NCBI RefSeq assembly: GCF_037042905.1
Contig: NC_087250.1
Span: 17,176,001 to 17,240,000 of the forward strand
Direction of reading: 5' to 3'
From: Lytechinus pictus
Taxonomy: Eukaryota
Length of the DNA stretch: 64,000 nt
The position numbers and the translations under genes are program-made. The notes under the pieces were generated by a model. The model had not been told where the DNA came from, did not search any database, and was given only the letters and a program-made list of their open reading frames with translations. Below are positions 24,455 to 37,700 of the stretch, one piece after another; the first letter of the stretch is position 1; every line of letters starts with the position of its first letter.

Positions 24455-26222
24455 CCCAGGACCAAAATCCAATTGAAACCAGTTGGATTTCCAACTGGTT
24501 TCAATTGGTTTCAATTGGTTTCAACTGGTTTCAATTGGTTTTAACTGGAATTTAACAATTTCCAGTTGAAACCAATTGAAACCAGTTGGGCAACTGGAAA
24601 TCCTAACTGGAACCAGTTGGGTAACTGGAAATGACTTCCAATTGGGAATGATTTCTAACTGGAACCAGTTGAGTAACTGGAAATCCCAACTGGAACCAGT
24701 TGGGCAACTGGAAATCCTAACTGGAACCAGTTGGGTAACTGGAAATGACTTCCAATTGGAAATGATTTCTTACTGGAACCAGTTGAGTAACTGGAAATCC
24801 CAACTGGAACCAGTTGGGCAACTGGAAATCCTAACTGGAACCAGTTGGGTAACTGGAAATGACTTCCAATTGGAAATGATTTCTAACTGGAACCAGTTGG
24901 GCAACTGGAAATCCTAACTGGAAACAGTTGGGTAACTGGAAATGACTTCCAACTGGAAATGATTTCTAACTGGAACCAGTTGAGTAACTGGAAATCCCAA
25001 CTGGAACCAGTTGGGCAACTGGAAATCCTAACTGGAACCAGTTGGGTAACTGGAAATGACTTCCAATTGGAAATGATTTCTTACTGGAACCAGTTGAGTA
25101 ACTGGAAATCCCAACTGGAACCAGTTGGGCAACTGGAAATCCTAACTGGAACCAGTTGGGTAACTGGAAATGACTTCCAATTGGAAATGATTTCTAACTG
25201 GAACCAGTTGGGCAACTGGAAATCCTAACTGGAACCAGTTGGGTAACTGGAAATCCTAACTTGAACCATTCAGTTGTGTAACTGGAAATCCTAACTGGTA
25301 CCAATTGGGTAACTGAGATGACTTCTAACTGGAAAGATGGGTAACTGGAAATGAATTCTAATTGGAACCAGTTGGGTAACTGGAAATTATTTCCAATTGG
25401 TTTCCAATTGGAAATTTTCCAGTTACCCAACTGGATCCAATTGAAACCAGTTAATTTGCATATTATTTGCCAGTGTGCACAGATTAATGTTTTATGAGAT
25501 TAATCATCATTAACAATGTATCTATTTAATTCTTTACAATTTCAAGTACCACACTTTTTAAAGATTAGTATTTAGAATACTTAGCAGTGAAAACCATGTT
25601 CATAAATGTTATAGATTATAATTAAAACAGATTAAAGGATAATTAGTACACCACTAACTGTTACCAAATTACATCAAATAAAAGTACATATATTTGAAGA
25701 TCTTCCATATAAATATATATACATGAAAGTCTGTATTTTATCAATGCCCTTTACATTGGTATTAATAGACATATAACACTGCTTCTGTGTTGGCATGAGA
25801 AATAGTTACTGCAAATGCTAATTAATTTGTAACTAATTAAGTTCGTTCCAACTGGAAGTTCCAATTGGATCCAGTTGGAAACCAATTGGTTTCAACTGGT
25901 TCCAGTTGAAACCAGTTGCCTCCAATTGGTTTCAACTGGAACCAATTGAAACCAGTTGCCTCCAATTGGATTCAATTGGTTTTAATAGGGAAATTGGAAC
26001 AACTGGAACCAATTGACAACAATTGCCAACTGGTTCCAGTTGCCCAATTGGTTTTAACTGGAACCAATTGGCAACTGGTTTTCAATTGGTTTTTAACTGG
26101 AACCAATTGGCAACTGGTTTTCAATTGGAACCAGTTGTTCCAATTTCCCTATTGAAACCAGTTGGCCAACTGGTTTCAATTGGTTTTGCCCTAATTGGTT
26201 TTAACTGGATTTTGGTCCTGGG
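24455..26222. mobile_element. CCC..GGG (CMC/EnSpm-like) non-autonomous element with AACTGG/CCAGTT satellite
   Basis: at|cccaggaccaaaatcca ... tggattttggtcctggg|at (2-bp TSD); 114-bp higher-order repeat at ~24580-25260. Confidence 0.88.
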
Positions 26223-28603
26223 ATATGACATCAAAAATAATTACAAGATTTTAAATGTGCATACATTTCTTGCATGGTAACCCACCTATAAAGAGCAAGG
26301 TCTGTGAGACATCGTTATCTCCACTAATCCAATTGGAAGAATTATTTAATACAAATAAAATAGATAAATCAATATGAATAATGGAATATGATCCCGGAAT
26401 TCGATCAACAAAATCAACGAGTGAGGGAGTTGCCTTTTCCACGCCTTGGTGTTTGGGTGACGCATCGGTGCCAACTTTGCATACGGCAGACATGCTCTCT
26501 TTTTGACGAGCGCCATCTCGCGGGACACTGTGGACAATGCAACTAGAAGCAGTTTCGTTTTATTTCTTTTTTCTCTGTTTGTTTCTTGGTCGATTTTTTT
26601 TTTTTTTTTTTTTGGGGGGGGGGGGGCAAGAGCCCCAAAGCCCCACCCCAATCTGTACACCAGTGCCAATGAGTGTTGTGGGACAAGGGTTCCGCCCTCT
26701 GTAGATTGCGGGGGAATTTTGGCGAAAGACAATGTTTTTAACAATCAGAGGCGGTGGAACGGCTTAGAAAGTGTAGGGGGTGTAGTCTAATATTGTGTTT
26801 TTGTAGGCCTATATAGGTCCTACGGTTTTGGAAAAAAGTGATGGCTGATATACCCCGGCCATAGCCCTCCCCCCCCCCCCTTCCCCCGTTGAGGGTGGTA
26901 TGGTGGGCCGGGTGCGCTGAATGTACGTAGCCTACATAACAATTTGTCATGAGTGAAAATGTGATCTTGAGTTTAAGGAATGGGGGGGGGGTGGTCTTCG
27001 TCTTACAGCCAGCACTTCTTTTTCAGTTTAATGACGTGAAAACAGTGCCTAGGCCTATTTGCGATCAATTGCAAGTCTATAGTGCCAGTGGAGTACCAAG
27101 GATTTTCCAAAGGGGGGGGGGGGCAAATTCGTCCGCCCAAAAATTGGACAAGCAAAGGTCTTCAACCACAAATAAAGGATTTCGTACCAGAAAAAAATTT
27201 GACAAGCAAAAAAAAAAAAAAAAAGTCATCAAGTTCAAAGGAGCCATGCACTTCTGGCTCGTCAGGGATCAGTTGTAACTCGTCAGTGGGGGGGGGGGGG
27301 GGGGGGGGGGCAGGGATACGTCCCTTGCATGGGTTCCCTGATAGCAGACACGGTCGTAATGACGTCATTAACTGATCGTAAAGTGGTAATACTCGTCATG
27401 TCGTCGTATTTATGACGTTCTTACGACGTCATTTTGACGACTTAGAATGGCAACTTTCATTTGCATTTTTATTTGACCAGATTATGACGTGATTTCGACG
27501 TCATTTACTGACCAATTTACGACAAGTAAATTTGCTCGCTTATATGGCCAGATTATGACGTGATTACGACGTCATTTACTGACCAATTTACGACAAGTAA
27601 ATTTGCTTTCTTATATGACCAGATTATTACGTGATTACGACGTCATTTATCGACCAATCTGCAACAAATGAATTTGCATTTTTATATGACCACATTATGA
27701 CGTGATTATGACATCATTTATTTACCAAACAACAACAAAGAAATTTGCGTTTTCATATGACCACATTACGACGTGATTATGACATATCAAATTTTACCAA
27801 TCAACGACGAGGAAATTTACAAGTTTAATTTCAAAGCCACATACTATTTTGCCATTTTTTCAACCTTGCCATGTTAGCAAGGCTATTTCTACTTATAAAA
27901 GGAAAAGTAAAGCTAAAAAAAAATAGTACAGAATTTTTTTTATTTTAGGTAAAGTATATAATTCTTTCAAAGTTTCAAAAGCAGTGGCAAAAATAATCAT
28001 TTCTTAACTGGTTGCCAACCAAACCAAACTAGAGGAAGCTTTATATGTCAAAGAAGTTTGTATCTATTTTAAAACTTTTTTTTCGCAAGTGGTGTCATGC
28101 CAACCCCCTATCTAGTAAGCTCACCCCCCCCCCCCCCATGCACGCCCCCCCCCTATAGAAAATTCATGATCCGCAGAATTAATTCGCCGCCGGGCGTACG
28201 TCGAGCCTGCGCATGCGCGCTGCACTGCATGCAACTGGCGCAGTCGCAACCATTTAATTTGAAAAAGAAATGCGCCCGTTTTTCGCCGTTAAATGTTGCT
28301 GCCAAATTTTGGATCGAGAATTAAGTGCGACGAAGATGGCCGTTAATAATAGTTCTACTACTTTAAGAACACGGTTCAGATTTGGATAACGACTTCGAAG
28401 GCATTCGCAGGAGACCAAACAGTAAGTTAGATAACCATCTTCTAAGATTTTCTTTTCGGAGCGCGGCTTGCCTTTGGCTTTAGATTTCGTGCACTGACAC
28501 TGCCCGGCCGGGGTGGCTGCCCCGAGCGCCGGCATGCTGAATAGGACAGGCTGCGCTGGTGGGCTCAGGGCCCAAGTCTGCACAGACACAGTGCACACTT
28601 TAA

Positions 28604-29604
28604 AGGAGAATGAAACTCTTGGAGCAAGTTAGCTTTTGTGAAAGCAGAAAAATCAAAGAATAAGATCAACAAAACTTTGAGTAAAATAGGACTAGCAATA
28701 AAAGAGTTATGAGCATTTGAATGTCGAGATCACTAATCAGTAGAGGCGCTGGTCAGAAAATTGGGATCGTCCCAGAATACAGGGACCGTCTCAGTTTATA
28801 AGGATTTCTTCACACTAGAAATCTAGGAAAGTTCATTCACCTGTCAAGTGCCGACACCAATCAAGTGTGCTAGTCAATGTAAACATATCGGGTTTCATAA
28901 CAAGATTATTGGAAGACGGTAAGTCATGAAAAATAGACGGCGAACTGGGGGGAATTGAGGTCACTGAATCTATTTTTAGCACTCTCAATTTCCGTAATTG
29001 CTGTCTTTGTCCCGTAGGGAGAAGTGAAAAAAAAACGTCCCCATAAACAAGGACAGTCTCAATTTATCAAGACATGATTTGTCTTGGTTTATGAGGATAT
29101 CCTTGTTTTCTGGGACAATCCCAGTTTTTGGACCAGCGCCTCTACTGCTAATGCTATGGAGATCCTCGCATTGGCAATGCGACCAAGATCTGTGATGTCA
29201 CACACGTACAACTCTTCAATTTGGACACTGAAAATATACCCCAAAACATCTCTTTTTGCTCATTCTAATCATATGACAAACGATTCATCAATGATATAAT
29301 GTTGTGAAACCTCTGTACTTGTCATCTCATAAAGAGAACACCCCACCTTGTGATGATAGACTCTATAAAAGTGAGAATATAAGTGAAATAAGTACTAAAG
29401 TAATGAGGGAGTTGTACGTGTGTGATATCACAGATCTTGGTCGCATTGCCGTTGGGAGGATCTACATGGCACTAGTGATCTCAATATTCGAATGCTAATA
29501 ACTTTCTTATTATTCATTCAATCTTCCTCAAACTTTCAACAATATGTTTCTTTGATTTTTCTCTTTGATATGGATTCAGCTGGTTTCAAGGGTTTCGTTC
29601 TCCT
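28604..29604. mobile_element. TTAA-TSD MITE (Kolobok-type) with a nested insertion
   Basis: ttaa|aggagaatgaaac...gtttcgttctcct|ttaa. Confidence 0.85.
28738..29147. mobile_element. MITE with CAGT..ACTG termini and 5-bp TSD
   Basis: ctaat|cagtagaggcgctggtc...gaccagcgcctctactg|ctaat; the host's opposite arm shows a single target copy. Confidence 0.88.
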
Positions 29605-30922
29605 TTAAGGTAAATGCCAGTTGTGGTAACGATATCAAAATGAGTTCGTACAGAATCCAATGAAATGACCACCAAAGTGTCTGTCTATATTTATAAATAA
29701 AATACCGGTAGGCTATGTGCCAAAGCCAGGATTCTGGAAGAAATTGTGTAATTGCTGCGAAATAAGCAAAAAAAGCACAGGATTCCGGTCAACTCGAGCC
29801 AAGGCAAGCGTCGGGCCGGGCCGACATTAATCAGAGCAATAATAATTGTCCCACGTGCTCTTATCTGTGTTGGTGATCTTCAGTTTGAACATTTTTCAGC
29901 GTAGATTTCAAGATTTCACAAAGTTCAGTTTATGTAACTGTACCAGATCTACATGTATACCCAGTTGTTGTGTGTCCGGACAGGTTGTGTGTCCGGACGA
30001 TCAGCTTTAGAAAGTCATTTGGAAAAATTTACAAGCGAAGTTTCATAAATGTTTAGTAAAAATTTTTAGGAAATATTATAGAGAACAAAATAGAAGATGA
30101 TTACAACTATTGAATTCATATTTTTAGTGTAATCCAAAGACAAAAAAGAAGGCTTCAAAAATATAAAGTGTCCGGACACCCGACCCCCCATCCTACTATG
30201 TAGATCCTCGATGATATACCGTACTGACAATTTTTTAAATCCTAAATCTACCGGGGTATTTTTATTCTTGTCATTCCCGGGGGGGGGGGGTATTATTGCC
30301 CCCCCCCCCTTATAAGATCTCGGCCGTGGATTGCACGATCACAACGAAAATTTGCATGATGGTAGAGAATGACGTAATCTACGTAGTTGCATTGGTAAAT
30401 TTCACTGAATTCATATTTTTTTATTTTATATGAATTAATTATGCTAATTTATTCATGAAATCATACTTTTTGCTCTGATTCACTAAATAAAGCTCCTAGA
30501 ATGCTATTTTTTGGGTGAAAATATTCTTTATAGCATTCCTAACAATTGTGAATGAAAAAAAATCTGGTACCAAGACCGATTTCTTTATGTATCTTATTTT
30601 TTTTTTAATCATGTATTTCTTTGTTTATTTACATTTTGTTTTTTATTACAAGTATTTTCGATGGAAATCGTTCTAGACTTAATTCTAATCATAAACAAGG
30701 CAAAATTAATTAAGTTTAATCAGTAAAAGTAGAAATAATGATAAATTTATGAATTTTGGCTAAATACACAATTTGCATTGGATTTGTACATGAAATCATG
30801 TTTATGAGCAATTTTGGGTCTGACATGCACTTACATAATGTTGCGTAATGTCGTAACCGCGTACCCGGGTGTCGCCAATTTGGTCTCAAAATTTGCGCGA
30901 GACTTGAAAGTAAAAAGTCAGT

Positions 30923-31330
30923 AGGTGGTTTCAGACCGCCTCGAAGTTCGCCAGTTCCAGGTATTCTCTGATCGGGAAATTTACCCCGATCAGAAAATAC
31001 CAGGTATTTTGGCGGTGTGAAAGCAAACTACGCGTAATATCCCCGAAAGAAAATACCCGATAAATAGTAGGTACTTGGCGAAATTACGAGAACTTTCGCG
31101 GGAATTTTTCCAAGGTCGTGGGTATTTTGGCGGTCTGAAATCAAATTACGGGAACTTTTAGCCCAGCGTGTCGTTGGGTGCGGCGCCGTGCATGGGTTGC
31201 TGCTGGGCTAGTGATTTTGAATTTCGCGCCTTGCTGCTTATCAGACCATACTGCGCATGCTCGTAACTTCAGGAACTTATCCCGAAGGGTATGTTTCAGG
31301 GCGGTGTGAATGCAGGAATAATTAATGGGT
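30923..31330 (-). mobile_element. Truncated inverted copy of the 46203-46678 MITE
   Basis: Near-identical reverse complement of ~46270-46678. Confidence 0.85.
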
Positions 31331-31444
31331 TTAATAAGGGTTAAGGCCGTCACATGAAATGCCCTATATTCATTATTTTTCTACCAAAAGCACCATTTTG
31401 AGTAAGATTTTTAATGAATAGATCTGTTTGACATTTCAGGAGAA

Positions 31445-31615
31445 AGAGAGGGAGACACAAAACCACCTGTCTCGGTGTCACACATGAGGAGTTGAGGAGG
31501 AGATGAAGTCAGTGAATATTACCTGGCCTTGGGGAGTTTCCAGAAGAAGGCCAAGAATCGCTGGATGCCAGGAGTGGAGATCCTTCGTTGCTGCCCTACA
31601 TGATAGGAGGCATCG
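31445..31615 (+). mobile_element. Degenerate 3' fragment of an RTE-type LINE
   Basis: Translates to ...CQEWRSFVAALHDRRH, resembling the W-R-S-F-V-A-A-L C-terminus of RTE ORFs. Confidence 0.5.
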
Positions 31616-32789
31616 GGCAGTAGGTAAGTTAGAAGGCTATTTCAGATGTAAAGCCTTTTTTTTTTGGGGGGGGGGATCATTGGGAATCTCTATTATCAGA
31701 ATCACGCAGATTTGGGTGTGCACAAACTCGGGGCACCTTATAATCTGTTAATGGTCCTGACTGTACTTCGAGGACTCTGTGATATTTTTTCATTGTATTT
31801 TCATTCACGGAGCCTAGACAAGTCTCTGTTGCCTGTAGAACTTTGTACACTAAGATGGATTTCCCTAGAAAATCCACCCTTCCCACAATAATTTTGGGGC
31901 AAACATTTAATTTGTCCAATTTGTAAGCTTTTGTACTCTAAATGCATACAAAGGCTTAAAAATGTTAATTGTTGGAAGGTAAAAATTTTGAAGGATCACT
32001 TTCTTACAATTCCCACGCTATATAACGCATTAAACGCAATGACATGAACTTTAACTCGAGTGACGTACGTATGCAAGAAATACAGAATTGGTGCACATGC
32101 ATAGCTGATTGATTCATTGTGCTAGTACTGGTACTAGATCGGTTTGGACGTTCTTATTTCAATGACAAGTTTAGATGGTAAATTGGCGCTAATAAAATTT
32201 TGCATTGGTCGATCTCGCGATGCCAGAAAACTAATTCCACCTCAAAATTTGTCAGATTTTTTTTGCAAAATATATATTTAATTGATCCTTGACCTGAATT
32301 AAAGCCAAATCAGGCATAGGGAATGGCTGTATTTCAGCCTCGAAGTTCGAATTCTCGGTCCTGACAGTCCTGGTTACCCCATAACCATTTAAAACACATA
32401 AAAAAGGCATGAATTAAAATTGTAATTATAAAAAAATAATATGTTTTATGTGTCAAATAAATTGATTCTAAAATTTCCTTCCTTATACAGAGATGGTTAA
32501 AGGTCTTGAGGGCATCATGCCCCCCCCCGACTTGACTTAACATGTTAATATTTGAAGTATAAAATATGTAACAAACCCCACATCGTTTTTTATTCATTTA
32601 AAATAAATTGGAAATTAATATTGAAACCATCTAGTTTTTAATGAAGATTAATAAATAGTTTATGTAGAAAAAGTTTTTATGTTTCTCCTCTTCTGTTATT
32701 TTTGCAGATGCTGTAATTTGAAACGGAAGGTGTCCTGCCAATAAATTTTCATCCCACCTGAACTGCCTTGCCTGCCTGCACCCAGTCAT

Positions 32790-33411
32790 CTGTTCCTGAG
32801 CATTTTCCTCTATTTTTCATCATCGTTTGTTTCGGCCTGTATGAAGTGAATTTCACATTGATTGGTGGAGCTGCTAAGTTGGCATTACAGGGCCGGGGTA
32901 TGATCCTTTGGGTTGAACATCATGACTGCTAGTTGGTCGGCAAAGGTGATGGGATCGATCAATGTCACATGGAGTAAGATCGATACCAATCTGCTTTGCT
33001 ACATTTCGAACAATCTCATACGGATACGGATATTATTGCGACAGGAGTACTGCTCGATGTGGTCAAGCCTATTTGACAAAGCATTATGGTGTTAGTCATG
33101 TTATCAGAAACCGATTTTTCAAAATCACGGAGTTGCTTCAATTTAGTATCGATAGATATTTCAAGAACGTGTAGACTAGTGAGCTTTTCATCAAGAATTT
33201 CACGCAATTTATTTTCGCGCTTATCCATGTCATCATTGAGTTTTTGTCTCTCGCGTTCCATTGCCACGGCCACCGCTCTTTGAACGACTGTATCAATATG
33301 ATCTAGGTATGCTGGGCTTTGTTTAGATCCAGTTAATGATGAAGCAGAGGATTGTGTACATGCGTTAGCCGAGTGCAAGCGGCCTCTTGATCTGGTGGAT
33401 ATCTTAGACAT
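32790..33411 (-). pseudogene. Frameshifted LINE ORF1p (L1/CR1-type coiled-coil plus RRM) relic
   Basis: ORF 33411-33016 gives a coiled coil; other minus frames give LDHIEQYSCRNNIRI, IDRSHHL and PPINVKFTSYRPK, matching ORF1p motifs LEQYSRRNNIRI, IDRxHRL and PIIVKF. Confidence 0.8.
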
Positions 33412-34523
33412 GTTAGAGATTACGTAATGATATAATTGAAAAGTGGGATGGGCTATGCATCTGCCAACTCACCAGTCAACCAATTAGAGATGGCCTTCCA
33501 AAGTGACACAGCACGAAAATATCAATATGGGACTGGTCTAGTCAACACATAGATCCTGAAAAAACCATGGAGACTGCAGACGCAAAATGACTTCCATACA
33601 TAAAGATATGATGCACAATTTCCAGTGGGTTCAAAACACTGAACACATGCTATGCTGATACACAGACTATCATAAGAACTTTATCAAGCAAAGGAAATCT
33701 GGTATGAAATCTCTCAGCTCACATAAAAAGCCTACGTAGCTACATGTAGGGAAGAAAATGCGTAATTGCTGAGAAATGAGCAAAATAAGCATGTAATTCT
33801 ATCAAATGTCAGGTATTTTTCTAATCGATTATAATACACAGTCCCACATATGCTTTTCTGTGTTTACAGCGATCACCAGAATTATCGATTTTAAGTTTAA
33901 AAAATCATGATTTTACAAAGATACAAGTTTACATTAATGTACCAGATGTAGATTATGTATGTACAACATATTGACAATTAACTTTGATTTTATAGATTTT
34001 CTCAAGAAATAATTGCTGCAACTACTGTCTTTTTCTTCTAAGTGATAGTGTAATACAACAGTTCCACAAACTATTTTCATCAGACTTATTGATGCATGAT
34101 TCTTTCACCCAAATGCAAGCTTCCATAAATCCTGAAAACTTTGCAACTCAGGTATTTTTTTTTTTACATACCGGTACAGTATATTTTTTCCTACATTACA
34201 TAGTTGCCTTAAGTTAATAGCGCACCTCTAGTAGTAACTATCTTAAAATGAGTTCGAACAGAATCCAACAGAATTACCAGCAAAGTGTATGTATATATAA
34301 AAGATGTGTGCCAAAAAGCTCGGGAAGAAAATGTGTAATTGCTGAGAAATGAGCAACATAAGCATGTAATTCTATCATATGTATCATAGGTATTTTTCAA
34401 ATCAATCATAATACACTGTCCTGTCCCACATATGCTTTTCTGTGTTAGTGATCATCAGAATTATTGATTTTAAGATCAAAATTCATGATTTTACAAAGAT
34501 ACAAGTTTACATTAATTTACCAG

Positions 34524-34794
34524 GGCCCCGTCTTACATAGAGTTATGATTGATCCGATCAATCGCAACTATGGACGGTCAGCAACGTTAACATCTATTAA
34601 GCATGTTTGTTCAAAATATTTTCTAGCTATGATGTATGTTCATGCATTCATTGTTTTCTCAAAAATTCGCTGCGCTTCTCTTTGCATACAAAGGACATTG
34701 TGCAAATTTTTCGTAGAAAAAAATTATGACACTGATGGATTTCCATAGAGTTATGATTGATCGGATCAATCGTAACTCTTTGTAAGACAGGGCC
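34524..34794. mobile_element. PIF/Harbinger-type MITE, 3-bp TSD
   Basis: cag|ggccccgtcttaca...tgtaagacagggcc|cag; empty site in the duplicate at ~33940; relatives at ~22673 and ~51465-51805. Confidence 0.85.
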
Positions 34795-37700
34795 CAGATC
34801 TAGATTATGTACAATATTTTGACAATTAACCTTAATTTAAAAGACTTTCCGAAGAAATAATTGTTTGCTGCAACTGTCTTTTACCCCTGGCCCTAAGTGA
34901 TAGTGTAATACAACCCAAACATTTCATAAGAATTAATGTACATGTATGATTCTTTCACCCAAATGCGAGCTTCCATAAATCCTGAAACTATTCCAACTCG
35001 GGTATTTTTTTTTTACATACAGTATATTTTTACCTACATTACATAGTTGTCTAAAGTTGAAGGTATATTTAATTACAATTTCAACGAAAAAGCTTTATTC
35101 TTGGAGATCATTATGCCTCTGTTATGTATTAATGTGTACATGTATTTATACATGTACAATTGTATGTATTGGTATAACAAACATTGTAATTTCATTCCTT
35201 TGACCCTAATACTGCATTTTCATAGAAAAGTGTTTTTTTTTTCAATCTATTTAGAATTTTCAACATTTTGTATTCCTTTTTTTTTTGCTGGTAATATGTT
35301 ATGCAACTTTTATTTATTAATAGAATATTTGCCACGATTTCGTAATTGAAATGCGTACATGTATTTGATTTCGTTTTCCATTTTTGTATATATTTTTTTT
35401 CGAGGGGGGGGGGGTCATGTTCTTGAGACCGAGACAAGTTATGCAAGGCCCTGGCATGGAGGATCATTATATTGTTACTGGGAATGCTGGACATTGTCAG
35501 ACCACCTCAGTATTCACCAAATATAGATAATCCTCAATGACAAGGTCTTTGAAGTGATGTGTGTATGTACATTGCATGTAGAATTTAATGTTTAGGTCAT
35601 TATCACGTCAGAATACGTTAAGATATCATAGTTGACTCCAAAAGACGTCATATTCATTTCAATATGCGACGTCAATATGACGTCTATTACTAGTCAGCAA
35701 TATGTTGCAAAGTCGTCATTCAGACGTCGTAGTTGACTTATAAAGACGTCATAATTACATCAATATGACGTCTGAAACTGGTCAGGAATACGTCGCAAAG
35801 TTGTCATTAAGACGTCGTAGATGACTTTTAAAGACGTCATAATTACATCAATATGACGTCTAAAACCGGTCAGGAACACGTTGCACGGATGTCATTAAGA
35901 CGTCGTTGTTGACTCTCGAAGACGTCATAATCACGTCAATACACGACGTCAATCTGACCCTTGATACTGGTCAGGAAAACGTTGTAAAAACGTTGCTAAG
36001 ACGTCATTAAGACGTCGTAGTCACTCTTGGAGACGTCATAATGACGTCAATATACGACGTCATAATGACGTTATTCGCGGGTGCAAGATCCCGTCAATAA
36101 GACGTCATGTTACGACGTCAAAATGACGTGACACTCGTCGTTAAACTGACGTAATTATGACGTCATTTTTACCAGTTTCTGCTATCAGGGTTGTGACTCG
36201 TCAGGGGGCGCAGTCTGCCCCCTCTGCCCCCCCCTCCCGGGCGGAAGCCAACAAATTTAGGAGGGGACCACCAAAAAAAATTTACAGGCAAAAAAAAAGA
36301 AAAAAGAAAAAGGTTATCAACACAAAATTTAGGGGGGGATCGTCCCCCCCCCCCCCGCTTCCGCCGCCTATGCCCCCCCCCCCGTAGGTACGCTACTGTG
36401 TAGTGTCCTAAAATAATCTACTTTTTACGTCTTCAAATTAATTGCAAATTTGTGAGTGATCAGCTTCTTTAAACAGGGATTTCACTGAATTCCATGGGTG
36501 TATGTGAGCTTTTGGCCTCAACTGCATACAGCGAGAGACAAAACACACACACACACAAAAACAATTAAACAAAAACACATACTTGTTTCTTTTTTTTCTT
36601 GCAGAAAAATAAAAAAATAATACGGGGAAGATCCCTTCCATGTATAAAGTAGGCATAAAGGGGAGGGTGCTCTTTACCTAAGGACGGGAGGGGGTGGGTT
36701 GAGAGTAGAACATCAAGAATAATATCCTACGGGGAATTAGATATTTTTCTTATTTTCTTCTCGTATTTTTTTCCCCGACTATTTGCAAATAGCAGCCGAC
36801 CCCCCTGTATGATCAAACACGCAGTCTGTCGAGTTTTATGTGTGCTAAAATTGGTGCTATGGGGCACTTTTTATTTAAAAAAAAAGGTTGCCGCGTTGGG
36901 GGAAGGCATGGAGATAGCTGCGCTCTAAGCTGGTTAAGAGCTAGAACAAGATCTAGAACCCCCCCCCCCCCTTTTTTTTTCCTTGACTCTTGATCATAGC
37001 TGCCTTATGCGCATCTAAACATCGCGAAGAATAAGATGTTGTCCTACCTGCTAAAACTGGAAAATTACTTCTAGATCTATGACTGGATTTTCTCTTTATT
37101 GCTGAATGGTTACAGACGTTTCAAGTTGAAGAATCAGGGGCAAGCATACCTGCTATTATCATCCAATGTGAGTAATATTTCACTGGTTGATTTATAGAGA
37201 AATTACGATCGTAACAATGATTTTTGTGTCAATATTGACATGCAGTCCCACTAACAGGTTTTTGTGTAGGAATATAAATAGATTTGCCTCCTCGGCGCGT
37301 ATGCGTATTCTATAGGGACTATATTAGAGTTAACACTTTCTAGAGTCCGGTCAGGCTACAAAGCCTGTAATAGCTTAGCTCTCGGCTTAACTGCAGAATA
37401 CCCCGACACTGCTCACTACCCAATCGTTGGTCAGCCAACACAACGATGTCAAGACCTATAGCTATATATACTAATTCAATGGTATATAGCCTAGATATAT
37501 CCATACTATTAGTATTATATACGTACATGCATTACTGGTACTACTACTACTACTATACTACGTACGTATGACGGTACGTACGAGCAATGCATCCAGGCCA
37601 TACGTAATGACCTTTGCCCTTTGACTACTACTAGAGCTATAATTAAACATCGTTGGGTGCGCTGCTAGCCAACGACCCACGTTGTGACGGTACGGACGGT

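Larger units (their letters stand above)
27336..36190. mobile_element. 8.9-kb composite CCC..GGG (CMC/EnSpm-like) element with subterminal TGACGTCA-rich repeats
   Basis: tt|ccctgatagcaga ... tctgctatcaggg|tt; subterminal ~65-70-bp repeats at 27350-27810 and 35600-36170. Confidence 0.88.
27086..36398. mobile_element. hAT-type MITE (family of 16052-16394) split by the 8.9-kb insertion
   Basis: Halves 27086-27335 and 36191-36398 rejoin to cagggatacgtcccttgcatgggttgtgactcgtcaggg, the reverse complement of ~16103-16142; degenerate TSD tatagtgc/tgtagtgt. Confidence 0.75.

Noticed and set aside
24576..25430. Repetitive ORFs and a CRISPR-like look
   Set aside because: 114-bp tandem satellite with no unique spacers; eukaryotic context and no cas genes.
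37036..37167. First coding exon of the Rab11-FIP-like gene
   Set aside because: Every ATG frame stops before the gtgagt donor; at most a 5' UTR exon. The ATG at 47156 fits better.
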